DNA from: Phoronis australis
Lineage: Eukaryota > Animalia > Phoronida
Length of the DNA: 55,973 bases
Direction: 5' to 3'
Assembly: GCA_002633005.1 (NCBI GenBank)
Contig: NMRA01000842.1
Location: 1-55,973 of the forward strand
Under the pieces are notes generated by a model. That model made no database searches. It saw only the letters and a program-made list of their open reading frames with translations, and had not been told where the DNA came from. Positions 1 through 13,637 of this stretch are shown here, piece after piece. The position numbers and the translations under genes were made by a program. Position 1 is the stretch's first letter; every line of letters starts with the position of its first letter.

Positions 1-5
1 CAAAA

Positions 6-30
6 ATGGCAGGAGACAGTGACGTACCCG
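6..30 (+). other. Candidate first exon (ATG...MAGDSDVP, phase-1 donor); downstream partner exon uncertain
   Basis: caaaaATGG good Kozak context at 6; consensus donor G|GTGAGT at 31-36. Confidence 0.4.
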
Positions 31-2684
31 GTGAGTTTAAGTGTCATTTTCTGCTTAAATAGAGGCTACTGTGGTATGAAGGCTAAACACAGAAAAGCGT
101 CAGAGTGTAGCCTTTGTTGTGGATCTGAAATAATACTGGGCTTTTGCTTATTTTTTGAAATAAAGAGCTCAGAAAGCAATGGCTTTCGGTAAAATGCCTT
201 GCGCCTAGTAAAATTGACATTTTCTACTTGTTATTAGGGTTCTTCAGTAGAGACGGGTGACGTTTATAGTTTATTCGTCCCAGGTGACACCTTTGTTAGT
301 TATGATTTGTGAAGCAATTTAAGATATTTACCAATATAAGCAGGTCCTTGTGTGAGACGGCGATCGGGAGCAAAGTCGTTAATTCTATATGGCGATCGTG
401 AACGCAAAAAAGCGATCGTGAACGCACATTTTTTTCTCTGCATTGTCCTGAATAGTCGTTCAAGTTACTTTATTATGTCAATAATTTTAGAATAACGCTG
501 AGCCTGAATTAGTTAATGGGTTGATTATTAATTACATTTCATCTTTTTATGATTTTTAAAAGAGATTTATCCTAACAAACGAAACTGAATGCGTTTGATT
601 ATTTTTCAGTTGAACTGTATCTCCACGAGGAGTCTTTCAGAGATTTAACTCGTCGACGCTTTCAAAAATAGGAGTAAAACTGCTGCCTGTCGCAAAGGAC
701 ATAATACGATCAATAAGTCCTAAATACATTATCTAAGATTCAGTGATGATTTATATTACATTCCGAAAGTAATTCATAGGAAATGTTCAATGGATTCTAA
801 TGTTGATTTCCCTAGAGCAATATTTTATATATTTTGTATGATCAATTTTGAGTTATGTGTGATAAAAGATTAACGTTATATAAATCACTACAGTGTGTAG
901 TTGAAGAGAAGTTAATGACATGTTGAGAAAATCACAATATAGTACGTGTACAATATTTTAACTGTCTCAATGTTTTTCAAAGTCACATTAAACTGGAGAT
1001 CATGAACTGAAGATGCAGGTGAACTTAGGACCAAGACTACAAAACAGAAGTCAAACACAAATAACGTACATTCGTCTAAAAGTAGACGTGTGTATTTCAA
1101 AACCTTGGTACATTGTAGGATGTACCTTCACGTCGTGGGTAACATGCTCGTTGTAGCTCGCCTCACAATAACAGTCAACTTGTTTCCTGAAATGATAATA
1201 AATTCGTTTGTGAAACTAAAATTATGCTTGATGTACATGCAGTGCTCATGTCAATTTCATAGAAATATGCTATGGCGTTGTTCAGTTTTGATACGAAAGT
1301 AACACGGTAATGACGGGCAACGTATTGCACGATATTCGGATCGAACGCAGCTTATGAAAACATACTAAGCTTTACGTTGCGCGGCGAAGACGAATGCCGT
1401 CATGTTTATTAATTGTAAGATCTCCAAGAAAATAGGACTCGATTGCCTACCATTTATGGCATGGGATAGCAACACCGCCATCGCAATCACACATTGCATT
1501 GCTGCTGTTGAACAAGTCACTTTATCACGAAATCCGTGAATTCAGCCAAACATCAACAAAATTATTGAACTTACTTACGAAAAACTATATACTTTCTGAA
1601 AACAGAAAGAATGCCGAATTTGATTTTTGACTTTATACTTATATATTTTTATTTGGGCCACTTAACCGTGTCTTTTTGGTGAAGATAGGCAAAAAAGAAA
1701 GGCACAGTCATAACAAAACAACTCTATTGACAGCATAGCCAAACCGTGTTTAATATAAGTACAGGTATTTCAGGTGGAATCCCCAAAGCGTAGTTTCAGT
1801 TTCGTTCTGTGCATGCTCAAGAATTGGAAGCACATCAGATTTTGTTGTTTTATATCTCTAGTTAAAGGTAATAACTCCAAGAAATTTATTCCAATATTCA
1901 ACAACAAGAATCCCTAGATTAATTTTTCAACTTATCCAGCGAATAGCTTTTGAATTTTATGCAATACCAACTGCATATCTGCACAACCCCTCACATTTGT
2001 ACGTTTCATTCGTGTACGAATCTGTGATATTACGACAAGGGCGTTTTTTGATTGCGTATTACTGCGTGTACATGTACTGTACATGTAGCTTGAGGACACA
2101 CAGTCAAGCTGCAGAAAGGGTTCGATGAATACTTTTACAATAGTGTTTCGGTTATGTTCCTAAGGTTTATTAGAAGGTATAACACTCGCTTAATTCCACA
2201 ACGCACGAAACACAATCTATTCTTATTTTTTTCAATAAAATTGTCATGGACGTATACACTAATGCAGCTGGGAAAAATGTAAACAGTACAATAAGCTGTG
2301 AGGCTACACAGGTGTTTGACGGATATAGCAGAAAACTGGGTAAATACAACGACATTGGAATGTCTCTCTGTAATTCGGGACTGCCCTGGTCGATCACGTG
2401 ACCATGTCTTTATATTTAAATTAAAAAATGAAGCTGTCAGTAGCATGATCAAATTTCATTTGATATACAGGTGTAGATGTTGAACTGATCTCAAAAAGGC
2501 TGTTCCAGTTTTATGAATAATCATTTTTTTCATTTTATACGATTTTTGATAGTTTTTTAAGAATATCATATACGTACTTAGTTTTTGAGGAACAAGTGAA
2601 ATTTTTTGAAACAATTTGTACATGTAACAATGTTTAGAGACTAATTCAGAAAACATAGTATCTGGAAGTTCGTATGGGTCCGCT

Positions 2685-3210
2685 TAGTCACTTATCAGAT
2701 ATGATATTTCGAATATAGGAAAACCAGGGATCTTTTTAGTCAATTATCAGATATGATATTTCGAATATAGGAAAACCAGGGATCTTTTAGTCAATTATCA
2801 GATATGATATTTCGAATGTAGGAAAACCAATCTTTTTAGTCAATTATCAGATATGATATTTCGAATATAGGAAAACCAGGGATCTTTTTAGTCAATTATC
2901 AGATATGATATTTCGAGAAAACCAGGGATCTTTTTAGTCAATTATCAGATACGATGTTTCGAATACAGGAAAACCAGGGATCTTTTTAGTCAATTGTCAG
3001 ATATGATGTTTCGAATATAGGAAAACCAGGGATCTTTTTAGTCAATTATCAGATATGATATTTCGAATATAGGAAAACCTGGGATATTTTTAGTCAATTA
3101 TCAGATATGATATTTCGAATATAGGAAAACCAGGTATCTTTTTAGTCAATTATAAGATATGATAGTTCGAATATAGGAAAACCAGGGATATTTTTAGTCA
3201 ATTTTAAGAT
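2685..3210. repeat. 52-bp minisatellite, about 10 copies
   Basis: Unit ttatcagatatgatatttcgaatataggaaaaccagggatctttttagtcaa repeated head-to-tail with small indels. Confidence 0.95.
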
Positions 3211-3691
3211 GAAAAATTCAATTTATTTAAGTCCGTTGTAAGAAATTGATTTCAGTGTTTTAACTCAAGTGTCATCGTAAGTTCGACTAACTTACCAGAT
3301 GTTAAAGTTTCAAAGCTTCCAAAGTTGAAACAAATCTTAGACTAAAGTCGGCTTCTTGGAATGGGCCACTGGACATCTTTCCAAGGTTCTACACAACAAC
3401 GTACGTGACCTAGGCAACCCTGCGAAACTACATAAGGCACGCGGCATCTTGCCTATTTTTATTTTTTAGTGTCTTGCATGGGTACAAGGCTGTTGCTCCT
3501 TACGATGGCCTGCTTGAATCTTTATAGAATACTATGTGCTGGGTTCTTTACTCTCTTTGCTATTACTGCGCCGTATTGTACAGATGAACCAACAATCCCA
3601 AGGTTCACGATAATGACGTCATTATTTTTGAGCAATACCAGGAAGTCAGACTTTGAACTTGGAATGTTAATTTTACAGTGGAAGTAAATGC

Positions 3692-3929
3692 AACAGTGTT
3701 TGTAAACAGTATTTGTAAACAGTGTTTGTAAACAGTGTTTGTAAACAGCGTTTGTAAACAGTGTTTGTAAACAGCGTTTGTAAACAGTGTTTGTAAACAG
3801 CGTTTGTAAACAGTGTTTGTAAACAGCGTTTGTAAACAGCGTTTGTAAACAGCGTTTGTAAACAGTGTTTGTAAACAGTGTTTGTAAACAGTGTTTGTAA
3901 ACAGTGTTTGTAAACAGTGTTTGTAAACA
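3692..3929. repeat. 13-bp minisatellite (gtaaacagYgttt), about 18 copies
   Basis: Directly visible; accounts for repetitive ORFs 3605-3973 and 3673-3930. Confidence 0.97.
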
Positions 3930-5283
3930 TGTGCTTCTCTGCTTACCATGTACTTAGCATCATTCTTAGACATTTTCTCGATTTTTTTTCAAAACCCGCA
4001 CAAGCGCATACAAACGACCAGTCGGCTACAATCACCCACGTACTGGCTTCCATTGACTAAAGACAAGTTGTGCCATCCGCGACAAAAACGCACCAATTTT
4101 GTTCATATCATATTTGGAGATTAAACAATTAAAAAAAAAACCATATCGCCGCATCGGTTTCAAAAAAAGAACAATACCGACCACAACCAATTTATAATTT
4201 TTGGCCTTACGTGGTGAAGAAATCGGTGTCTTTTTACATGTATCAGACACATTTAGGTAAACCGTGGTCGTAGTGCCGTTTATGTTATCTCCTCAACATC
4301 GTCTTATAATCATATTTGTCTGAAGCATTTTCCGTTTACGTCATTAATACCATGCGTTTTTATTCTGCGTGCTACTTTATTGTTTTGCATTGTATTGTAT
4401 TGTATTGAATTCGCTATCGATGGTGCTGCCTTGCATGAAATCTAGTGTTTCCTGGAAAACGTGACAGTTGTACTCTATCTGCGCTCCTTATTCGAATTTG
4501 AAATTGACCACGACACTGCATGGTTCAAGCAAATTTACACTTAGTTTTCGAAAGCTCTGTTAACGGATTAACACTGTTTAAGGAATTATTCACTACTTGC
4601 ACACTTTGGTGTCGCTATTAAAATGATTGTTGTGCACTGTTGTTAAGGACACTATGCATCAGTTTTAACGTTAACGTGAAAGCGCGCGTGTTCCAAACAT
4701 GCAGAACCACTATAGTTTAGACACACCTCGTTCTCAAGCATAATGACTAATTCGTGCAAATAGTGAATAGAGAATTTCACATTTTATCTTTAAACTATGA
4801 AAGTTCAATTAGCACTTCACGAACTTGTTTCACAGGGATCGAACTAGATATCGTCGGGTATTGTAAGATTTGGGACCATTTCGTAATATCTGTCTGTTCA
4901 TTATTAAGAAAACTGCAATATTTGCCGGTTACGGGCAAGTTGTTATAATTTCGCCACTGTCCTTGGTTATAGACACAGCATGTTGCAATAAATACCAAGC
5001 CGGTGGAAATGGATACAAAAGTCATGCAATTAAAGTAAACATCAGGTTTATGCAGGATCTGGTGACGAAAAGAACAGGGATCTTTTTAGAGCCCAATATT
5101 TCGTAACAACTGTGAAGTTAGCGCCATTCCAAATTTCTTTAGGAACTGTTGCTGTACAAAAAGTGGAACAAACCCACCATCAACACATGCATACGACTAT
5201 GACCGGACTATTCTTCCGATTTAGTGCGTTTTAACGATAGCACAGCATAATTTCTGAGAATGATTTTAACAAGGTGTCAATTT

Positions 5284-5514
5284 CAGCCTTTGATAAATGT
5301 ATGGGGGCTCGAATTTCTGTCTTTTTTCATTTTTGCTAACAAAAAACGCGGGGGACTAAAAGGAACAGGGTACACGTACCACGTGACTGTGAATTTTAGT
5401 GGACTTTTGTCTCGTTTTCTCGGACTTTTTGTTTCTCTGAGGCGGACATTTTTGCCCACTTCGCCAAATAGGGGACTCGTTCGAGCCCCCCGAGTCCCCC
5501 TGGGTGCGCGCATG
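5284..5514. mobile_element. MITE copy with degraded left end, same family as 11694-11979
   Basis: Shared blocks gggggctcgaa, ctcggactttt, ctgaggcggac, ttcgagccccc; right end ctgggtgcgcgcatg. Confidence 0.75.
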
Positions 5515-5997
5515 TATTGTGCGTCAATGAAGAGTCGAACCACAAACACGTCATTCAGGGCTCTTGAAACCGAAGGGGGGGGGGGCGCTCAGATCTACAT
5601 CATTACAAAGGCGGTGTTGAATGCCACCGTAACAGTTGTCTGGGGCTTAGGGAACCAGAGCGATGAGCAGTGTAAGCGAGAAATTCTCCACATGGACAAT
5701 ATGCAGGCATTAGGTTAAACCGGGAGCCTGCATAGTCCTAAGGACCGGAGGCAGCGGAGAAGAGAAATACATTGACAACGAAACAGATTTTCAAGTGTAA
5801 GTTTGTTCCAATTTTAAATAAAAGAAGGCACTGCATTTCTCCGGGGAAGCCTAACTGGCAAGGGGTGTTAGAGTTGTTTGTTACCTTTCTCTTCCCTTTT
5901 GAACTTATATACCAGATAGTAGACATAAATTGACGCATTATAATTAAAATTGCGGCTTATTACCTGCATTGTAACCGTATTTCATTTCATATTTGGG

Positions 5998-6190
5998 NNN
6001 NNNNNNNNNNNNNNNNNNNNNNNNNNNNNNNNNNNNNNNNNNNNNNNNNNNNNNNNNNNNNNNNNNNNNNNNNNNNNNNNNNNNNNNNNNNNNNNNNNNN
6101 NNNNNNNNNNNNNNNNNNNNNNNNNNNNNNNNNNNNNNNNNNNNNNNNNNNNNNNNNNNNNNNNNNNNNNNNNNNNNNNNNNNNNNNNNN
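5998..6190. other. Assembly gap (193 N) with the same sequence on both flanks
   Basis: catttcatatttggg precedes the gap (5983-5997) and follows it (6191-6205), then a poly-G run. Confidence 0.97.
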
Positions 6191-6489
6191 CATTTCATAT
6201 TTGGGGGGGGGGGGCTGCTGTTGGCTTCCAACTCTTTTCCTGCTTTATATTGATATCCTCGTTCAGGGCCCATTCACGGAGTAGAGTCCCATCCCATTGT
6301 GAAATTGTACAACGTTTCGTGTTAAGGAAGGTCACTTTTGGGAGGGTCAGATCATCGTGGAATGAACATTCACTCTTTTCTATAATTAATACTATAAATT
6401 TTCATAATACAAGACCACCTTTCATACAGGTTACGTCGGTTTTCTGATGGAAGAGGGCCCAGGGATAAATGCTCCTTTGGCCCTTATTA

Positions 6490-6900
6490 ATCAGACATTG
6501 TACCCGTGAGGGACGAACAAATGGAATTTCAAACTGGTGAAAACACAAAAGACTTGTAAAGCATCAAGGCATGCAGCCCAAACAATAAAGATGTGAGACC
6601 TTACTACATAAACAAGAACAACACAGGATGACATTGAAGTTACAGGAGTTTGAAAAACTTGAAGACCAATATTGGAAAAATATACAAAGGCAACATTCTC
6701 GACAAACGCTTTTCGCAAAAGACACCCAAGAAGAGTATTTCTTTTGAGGAACGCATAGCTGAAGAAGAGATATTTGTTTCCTGTACATGTCGATCTGGAT
6801 GCCAAGGTGTGATTTTTGATGTCAGTGTTCAGTACACATATTTAACGGATTTTAAGGTGCTCGAAGCACATGTATTAACAATCGGTTTCTGCAAAATTTG
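6490..6900 (+). pseudogene. Possible decayed transposon-protein C-terminus with a CXC Cys cluster
   Basis: Fragments RHAAQTIKM and VSCTCRSGCQ...CQC across frameshifts and stops; weak resemblance only. Confidence 0.25.
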
Positions 6901-8384
6901 GAACGAAGGTGTGACTTATAAACCTTAGCATGCACGTTAACACGGACAAAATCTGAAAATTGTTTTGGAAAGCCCGTAATTTCCCGTAGCATGTTCCTTG
7001 CGTTCCTTTTAACTAGCTGTGTGCATGATTCCATACAGCGAATTACGGATTCCAAAGAGTTTTGCAACTTAAAAATATTCAGTTAACTCAAAACATGCTT
7101 TACGTTCGCCAATATTTTGTTGCCGTGTGACGCCTCAACACCTTAAGATTGTTTTGTTCTGGTAACCTGAAAAGTTCATTGGCTTCACGCAACACTGGAA
7201 GATTTAAAAACAAACCCCTAAGCGCGTATTAAGCCCTGGGAATAAAGCTTAGCACTTGAAAGTTTCATGCGAATCTGATCTGCCATTTCGGGGATACGAT
7301 GTTCCCAACTTGGCCAAAATTGTATATTTTTCTACGATTCTACATAACCTTAAAGGTCACGCACGTAAAATTGTTCAGTACATCAGGTAAAAACGCGGAT
7401 ACCTAAGATTCTGATGGCTGCCTCACCTGGGGATGTCCTCAAAACAGCAAAGTTAACCTTATTGGGGGGAGGGGGCGGATTTGGCGATGATTAAGAGTGC
7501 CAAATGTGGAGAAATCTGAAATTTGGACCTCGGAGAACTGTAGTCGGTTAGTTAGTTGGTGCATCCCACCATATTAATTACCATCATACAGACCTAATTT
7601 TCATTAGTATCACGCTCGATCGATATAATAGTCAATATTCGGCATTTTCCGTATTACGTCTCACGGAAATAGACGAAATTGGTATTGAATGGTCGTAGTT
7701 GCATGTAGAATGTAGACTTATCGTGGTGAGAAGGTAAGTGTTTTATCTGATGTGGGTTCAGACGACAAGAAGGCAGATCTGACATCCGATCTGCCCTGTT
7801 ATCGGACGGCATGCGAACGCTAACCAAATCCATAAAATCAGACATCGAAAACTTCGACAAAAAAATTAAATTGTGGCTATATTAACATTTCTGAACTCAT
7901 CTGAAAGCCCACTCTCCCCTGTTCCAGGATTTATATATGACTTTCCTATAACTTTCAATTTCTTGCCTAAATGGACCTTAAAAATTAGCTCGATTTTAAT
8001 TTATGTTACTAATTATTGTCATAAATAAGCTAATTATGGGAATTTCACTACACTATCAAATCTGTACAATCACATGAATCCCAAACTTTACAAAAAATAA
8101 CATTTCAACTTTGGTCCATCATCGAACTCTTGGATAGTGTCGCAGGTCTGTCACAAAAATGCTAAAAATTTAGTTACATTAAATTTTTATCAAATTAATT
8201 AGAATAATTTCAGATTCTCTTTTAACTTGTTGCTCAATACTATTGACCAAAATTTTACGTCACATGGATTATTCGTTAAGTCAGAGATTGTGTGACTGAC
8301 GTACGGCAAATTGTACGTCCGCCACATACGTCCGTCACACCTATAAAATTACAATTTTTCAGCCAATAAAATACTCTTTATCGT

Positions 8385-9070
8385 AATCTATTTTGCCCGG
8401 GGTACGCCACGAGCTATGTTGCAGAGTAAAACAAGTGGAGGATTGCGAATATTGTCATTTATTATGACGTAAATAGATAAAACTAACTAAGACTCTGCAA
8501 GATGGGCATGGACAAAACGCCCGCCGGCGTGTACAATGAATAGTCCTGAAAGAGGGAACAAAACAAAGGAACTGCCTGAAGGGCTTAAAGGAAAAGTACA
8601 GAACATGAACACAAAACGTGAAAAAACCTAACAGGAAATGTATATGAGAAAAGAGAAAGTGGAACCGACACCCGGGATGGGGGTGGGGAATAAATGCAGA
8701 GGACGAACGTAGGTCTTGTAGACGACGAGGTAGGTGGCTGAATGACAGAGACCACGTTGAACTGAACAAAGGAAATATGGGCGACCAGGAGTCACGTAGA
8801 GAATACAAAAGTAGGCCCTTGAGGCTATAGATAGAGATGAGTAATGCAAAATAAACCCTAAGGACTGGTATCAAAATTAAGAGACAAATGTCAAAATAAT
8901 GACGATAAATGCATTTAACAAGTTATATTTAATTTATCTTAATCTATTTTGACCGAGGTACAGTATGCCACGAGCTATGTTGCAGAGTAAAACAAGAGGA
9001 GGATTGCGAATATTGTCATTTATAGGTAAATTTAACTAAGACTCTGCAAGATGGGCATGGACAAAATGCC
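8385..9070. repeat. About 130-bp direct repeat pair (8385-8521 and 8940-9070)
   Basis: gccacgagctatgttgcagagtaaaacaag...taagactctgcaagatgggcatggacaaaa present twice. Confidence 0.9.
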
Positions 9071-10689
9071 ATAATGGCAGCACGGGAATTACTTTCTGAA
9101 CTTGTAGCATATAGAATGTATCTCACACCTAAGAATCTTAAAATGATTTAACACTACAAAGGCAACTTTAAAATTAAGTGATGAAGTTGCTACAGATTTA
9201 AACAAGATGCAATGGACTTTTACAATTTCAAAGGTACATCCAGAAAAGTTATAGTTTACAATGTAATCTAGTTATTCTTAGTAGAATTCAACTTGTTAAA
9301 ATCAGACAATTAGACCACATGATAAAATGTAAATAAAACAAAATAGGGCCCCGCTTTTGTAAGAAAATGCTTAACTTCTGCAAAATTCAAGATGCAAAAA
9401 TATTCATACAAACGAATTCCTATGGTGCTCTAGAGTATAAATAACAAGAGACCTAAAGGAAGATATTTCAAGTTGCTGTTGCGCTGGAATCAACATGATA
9501 TTTCTGCTCTGACCTGCTATGCTGTGTTTTGTGTTGAAAAAAGCTGATACTGGGCATGTTTAAGCGGTAGCAACCTGTCACCTACTTTGTTAAGCATTTT
9601 TGTCACACCCTCAATGACTGTAGTCACTCTGTTTTTCAGTGTCTTGGGTCATTACGGGCTTGTATGAAATGATTTCATAACAAATGATTACATGGTATCA
9701 TCTCACATATTTTTGATCCCGCAATCTTTTAAGAATTAAGACTAATTTTTCGCTGAGCTTCTAGAAGATTTAACCGACGTTTAGAAACAAAAGAGGATAT
9801 TATTGGAGACCACGGGAAGAACAAATGCAACTGGGAGAAAAATAAATATCTGCCAGAATATTCTCTGAAGCTCAAAAAGTGCCATCGTAGATCAACAAAA
9901 CTTCATAAATTTACTTGCGCGTATTGTGATATGACATTATTTAAAGCCTCTCTTTAAATTTGAAAAAGGCGTGAGTTAAAGATCTGAATGAGATGAAAAG
10001 CAAATCATGCATATCACTAAATAGAGACCAGCATCTGATAAGTTAGTTCTATATATTCCTACATCATAATCCTAAATGTAATTAATTTAAAATGTCTTGT
10101 TTTCACACTGGAAGACAGCACGGGTGATTTAAATCAAAATATGAATGCCAAAAGTCGATGCTGTCTACTAAACCATGCTCCCCACTCTGTTTTAAGAAGA
10201 TTCTGAAGTCCTGTTACTAATAGTTTAAAACATTATAAGCTTAGGGCGGGCTCTAATTAAAAAAACAATTAATCAAAATAGTTTTTTATGGCAGGGATTA
10301 GTAATGTATTAAACTTTCTTTCACATTTTATATTTTGACAGTCACATTTACTTATTAGTTTCGAAATAGCATTTTATTTAACGCATAAATACAGGTTTTT
10401 CAGGTCTCGAATCCATAATGATTATCACTCTTATTCCCATCGATAATGCTTACCCTCTTCAAAAGGAAGTGAAGGTTTTAGGTGATTGTTTTATAAATTT
10501 AAGCAAATGTATTGAAAAGTCAAAAAGCCTATAGTGTATTCCTAGCATGATGATATCGTGCAAAATGTCAATCGGTACATTTTAGTTAAAAACATTGATA
10601 TAGCTTAAATACTGCAAAAGTTTGAATAATTCGGAATTGATATCTTAGTCACAACAAACAATTTGATACTAGAAATACAGAGCGTACGT

Positions 10690-10791
10690 ACACACTAACT
10701 CAACGTACATCGCGCACGTCCGTCACACTAACTCAACGTACATCGCGCACGTCCGTCACGCACGTCCGTCACACTAACTCAACTAACATCG
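10690..10791. repeat. 33-bp tandem repeat, about 3 copies
   Basis: cacactaactcaacgtacatcgcgcacgtccgt repeated. Confidence 0.85.
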
Positions 10792-11693
10792 AGCTCTCTG
10801 GCAAAAATTTCTAAGAAGATATCATCAAAAAATAGTCTGTTGTACTTTGCAAACTTTCCACTAAATCATCAAATAAAACAAAAAATTGTAACTTAATGCA
10901 ACTCACAGAAAATTCACGTCAATTTTTTTAAATTCCAATTCTCTGCGTACGTCCGTCCCACCAGGTCACACTGCTAAACCCTTGAGCCAGGTTTCTAGCT
11001 CCTCAGCTCGGTTTTAACCATATATTAATAAAGCATAAAAATATTTCCAGGTGATCAGTGCAATGGGCCCACATGCGAGGCCTGCGCACGTCTGGTACAA
11101 CGTGTATCAGACCGCCTGCAATTATTGTTTTATATGTTTTTATATGTCCGTCACACCCCTTTAAAAACAATTTTCTCAGTCAAACAGGGATAGGGAAAAA
11201 GTTGATACACGCTTTGAAAGCCAACAATGAGACCTGATGTATTAATTGTTTTACTATCATTAACACTTTTTTCACAACTGATCAAAATTTTCTCTAAATG
11301 TACGTTCGTCACAAATGGAATTGCCCACGTGTATGTCTGGTGCTTAGTCAATCAAACTCGAAAAGGACACTTTATGAAGTCGCCGGGAGAACCAGGATGT
11401 AGCATTCACTTTCACTTTGACTTTTTCTAAAACTATAGGTTACTGTGTGGTTGTTAAAGTATCAGTGTACCTGTGACCTGATTTAATCGATAGCAGGAAA
11501 TTTTCTTACACGGTGTCTTCTGGGTTTATTAATTTTGGCTAGGGACCAAAATAAATTTTGAATCAAGTCACCCTTTTGTTTGACGGGGAAAACCCATCTT
11601 GGGTTTTTCCTCGACGCAAGCTCGGTGTAAAGGTTACCTGGCGTGTTCCAGAAGCAGGTAATATAGCACTTCTAGCCAATTTTGTGTAAAAGG

Positions 11694-11979
11694 CATGCGC
11701 GCAACCAGCCTAAAATATAGGGGGCTCGAAGATTTCGGTTTGCGGACCTTTTGCTGGGGAAAATCAATGCGGATTAAAAAAAAAAATAACCGGGGCTACT
11801 ACATGTATGTTCAGGCACAGGAAATGTGCATTCGTACCGACTTCCCGTGGATTTTTTGAACTATTGTCTCTTTTACTCGGACTTTTTATTTCGCTGAGGC
11901 GGACCTTTTTGCCCAATTCGCTAAACTGGGGGGGGGGGGGGGNCGTTCGAGCCCCCCGATCCCCCTGTGTGCACCCATG
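11694..11979. mobile_element. MITE with CATG termini and 5-bp TSD AAAGG
   Basis: Imperfect TIR catgcgcgcaaccag / ctgtgtgcacccatg; inner IR gggggctcgaa / ttcgagccccc; AAAGG at 11689-11693 and 11980-11984. Confidence 0.8.
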
Positions 11980-12118
11980 AAAGGCGTGAATGATACGTGA
12001 TTACATACATGTATTGTCCTAACAATTATCCCTGTCACGTAGCATTCTGGGGTGCTACGGGTGCGAACGTTCTACACCGGCAATCCAGATCTCTAATACA
12101 GCTGCAGTCAATGGCAGT

Positions 12119-12185
12119 TCAGTTGTTCTTCGGACTCTGGTTAGTTCTTGTTTCTAGCCGAATCTGAGGAATTCGTGACGTTGTG
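12119..12185 (+). promoter_or_regulatory. Putative initiator and non-coding first exon of the coiled-coil gene
   Basis: Inr-like TCAGTT at 12119-12124, ATG-free segment, donor G|GTAAGT at 12186, locally CpG-rich. Confidence 0.45.
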
Positions 12186-13506
12186 GTAAGTAAACACCGA
12201 AAGTCGTCGTTCGCGGCACTCGCCTTTGGGGTCGGCTCGGTGTTTTGAGAAACTGAATAACACGAGAGCTTGACAGTGGATTGAGAATAGTTAGTTGAAT
12301 CTATCTGCGAATCACCGTTGCCCGTTTCAAAAATTATTGTTTGGTAGCAGTTTCCTGGAGACGGGCGGAAAAGCCGCAAACAAGGTTCTGAATTTTAATG
12401 CCCTCGCCTGGACAACCTTCTATCCCTGCCCCGACAATGTAGCATGTTACGACTAGTGAATGCATGTGGGTGCCTACCCTGTCATTGAAAATTAGCGATA
12501 ACGACCGGGGAGGGGTAAGCAAATGGTTCGCTGGTCACAGATTTGCACTTCCCGAGCATGCACTAGGCGTCCTTGTTCCACCAATCCTAGTCCTATGGGA
12601 TGCGTGGCTTGTTGTACAATTTGCCAATATATATTTACATTATATTCGCTGTATTGGTCACTTTGTGCACAATCGATGTTTATAATCGTAAAATGGCCGC
12701 AAAATACTGCCAATAGTGACATGTGACCTTAACATCATGAGTGCATTTTTTGCAGAATAGACATCTAGCCCTGGAATGTCAACTTTGATTTCGAGCTGCT
12801 GAGGTTGCACCGCGCATGCCTGGAATTTGATTGCATTTGTTTGTTTCCTTTTTGGTTCTTGGAATGGAATTGACTGTTACTGAAACTTTTCTCAACTCCG
12901 CCGTTTTTAAACTGAATTGCAAAAGTCATATCATTAAAAATCCCTTTTATAAGTTATTTAGGGTAGCATCAGAAGAAACAGATAAATAATTAAATTTATC
13001 AATAATTATCATTCCGCATACTTGTACCTGGCAAATATAAATATTACTTTTGATTTCGAGAAACTAGAGAGTGTATCAAAACGCGAAAAAATCAGAAATA
13101 TTGTAGAGATGATTATTTAAATCCAGAAGAGAAATAATGTCAATGATTCAAAAGACTTCTACCGTGTAAAGACAAAGATTTTAGTTGATGTGGATAATTT
13201 AGTCAGGCACTCAGCCTAAACGATACATCTTTATATTTGTAATTAATCGGACCTTTGGTGCTGTTTGAAACAATTACACTCCCAATAAAAGTTCAGGACG
13301 CATAGCAATTTCCAAAAACATGATAGACCCATTAATTAAATTGTCTATCCGAAATTTTCAGATTAAAGCTTTCTGACGGATAAAAATTGGCCAAAGCTTT
13401 GAATTATACTCCGAGTCTTATTGGTTGCAGTGTAGGACTTTTCATATTAGTTTCGAAATAAACCCATTTCTTCGGAAAGCAAAAATTAGCGATCCTAATA
13501 CATGTA

Positions 13507-13565
13507 GTGTGTGTGTGTGTGGGTGTGTGTGTGTTTGTGTGTGTCTGTGTGTGTGTGTGTGTGTT

Positions 13566-13634
<69 letters not shown>
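13507..13634. repeat. (GT)n microsatellite
   Basis: Directly visible. Confidence 0.98.

Positions 13635-13637
<3 letters not shown>

Noticed and set aside
2685-3210. CRISPR-like array
   Set aside because: Units are contiguous with no unique spacers; eukaryotic context and no cas genes
3605-3973. Repetitive protein ORFs (LQTLFTNTVYKHC)n
   Set aside because: Translation of a 13-bp satellite
5944-6447. ORFs spanning X runs
   Set aside because: Artefacts of the N gap
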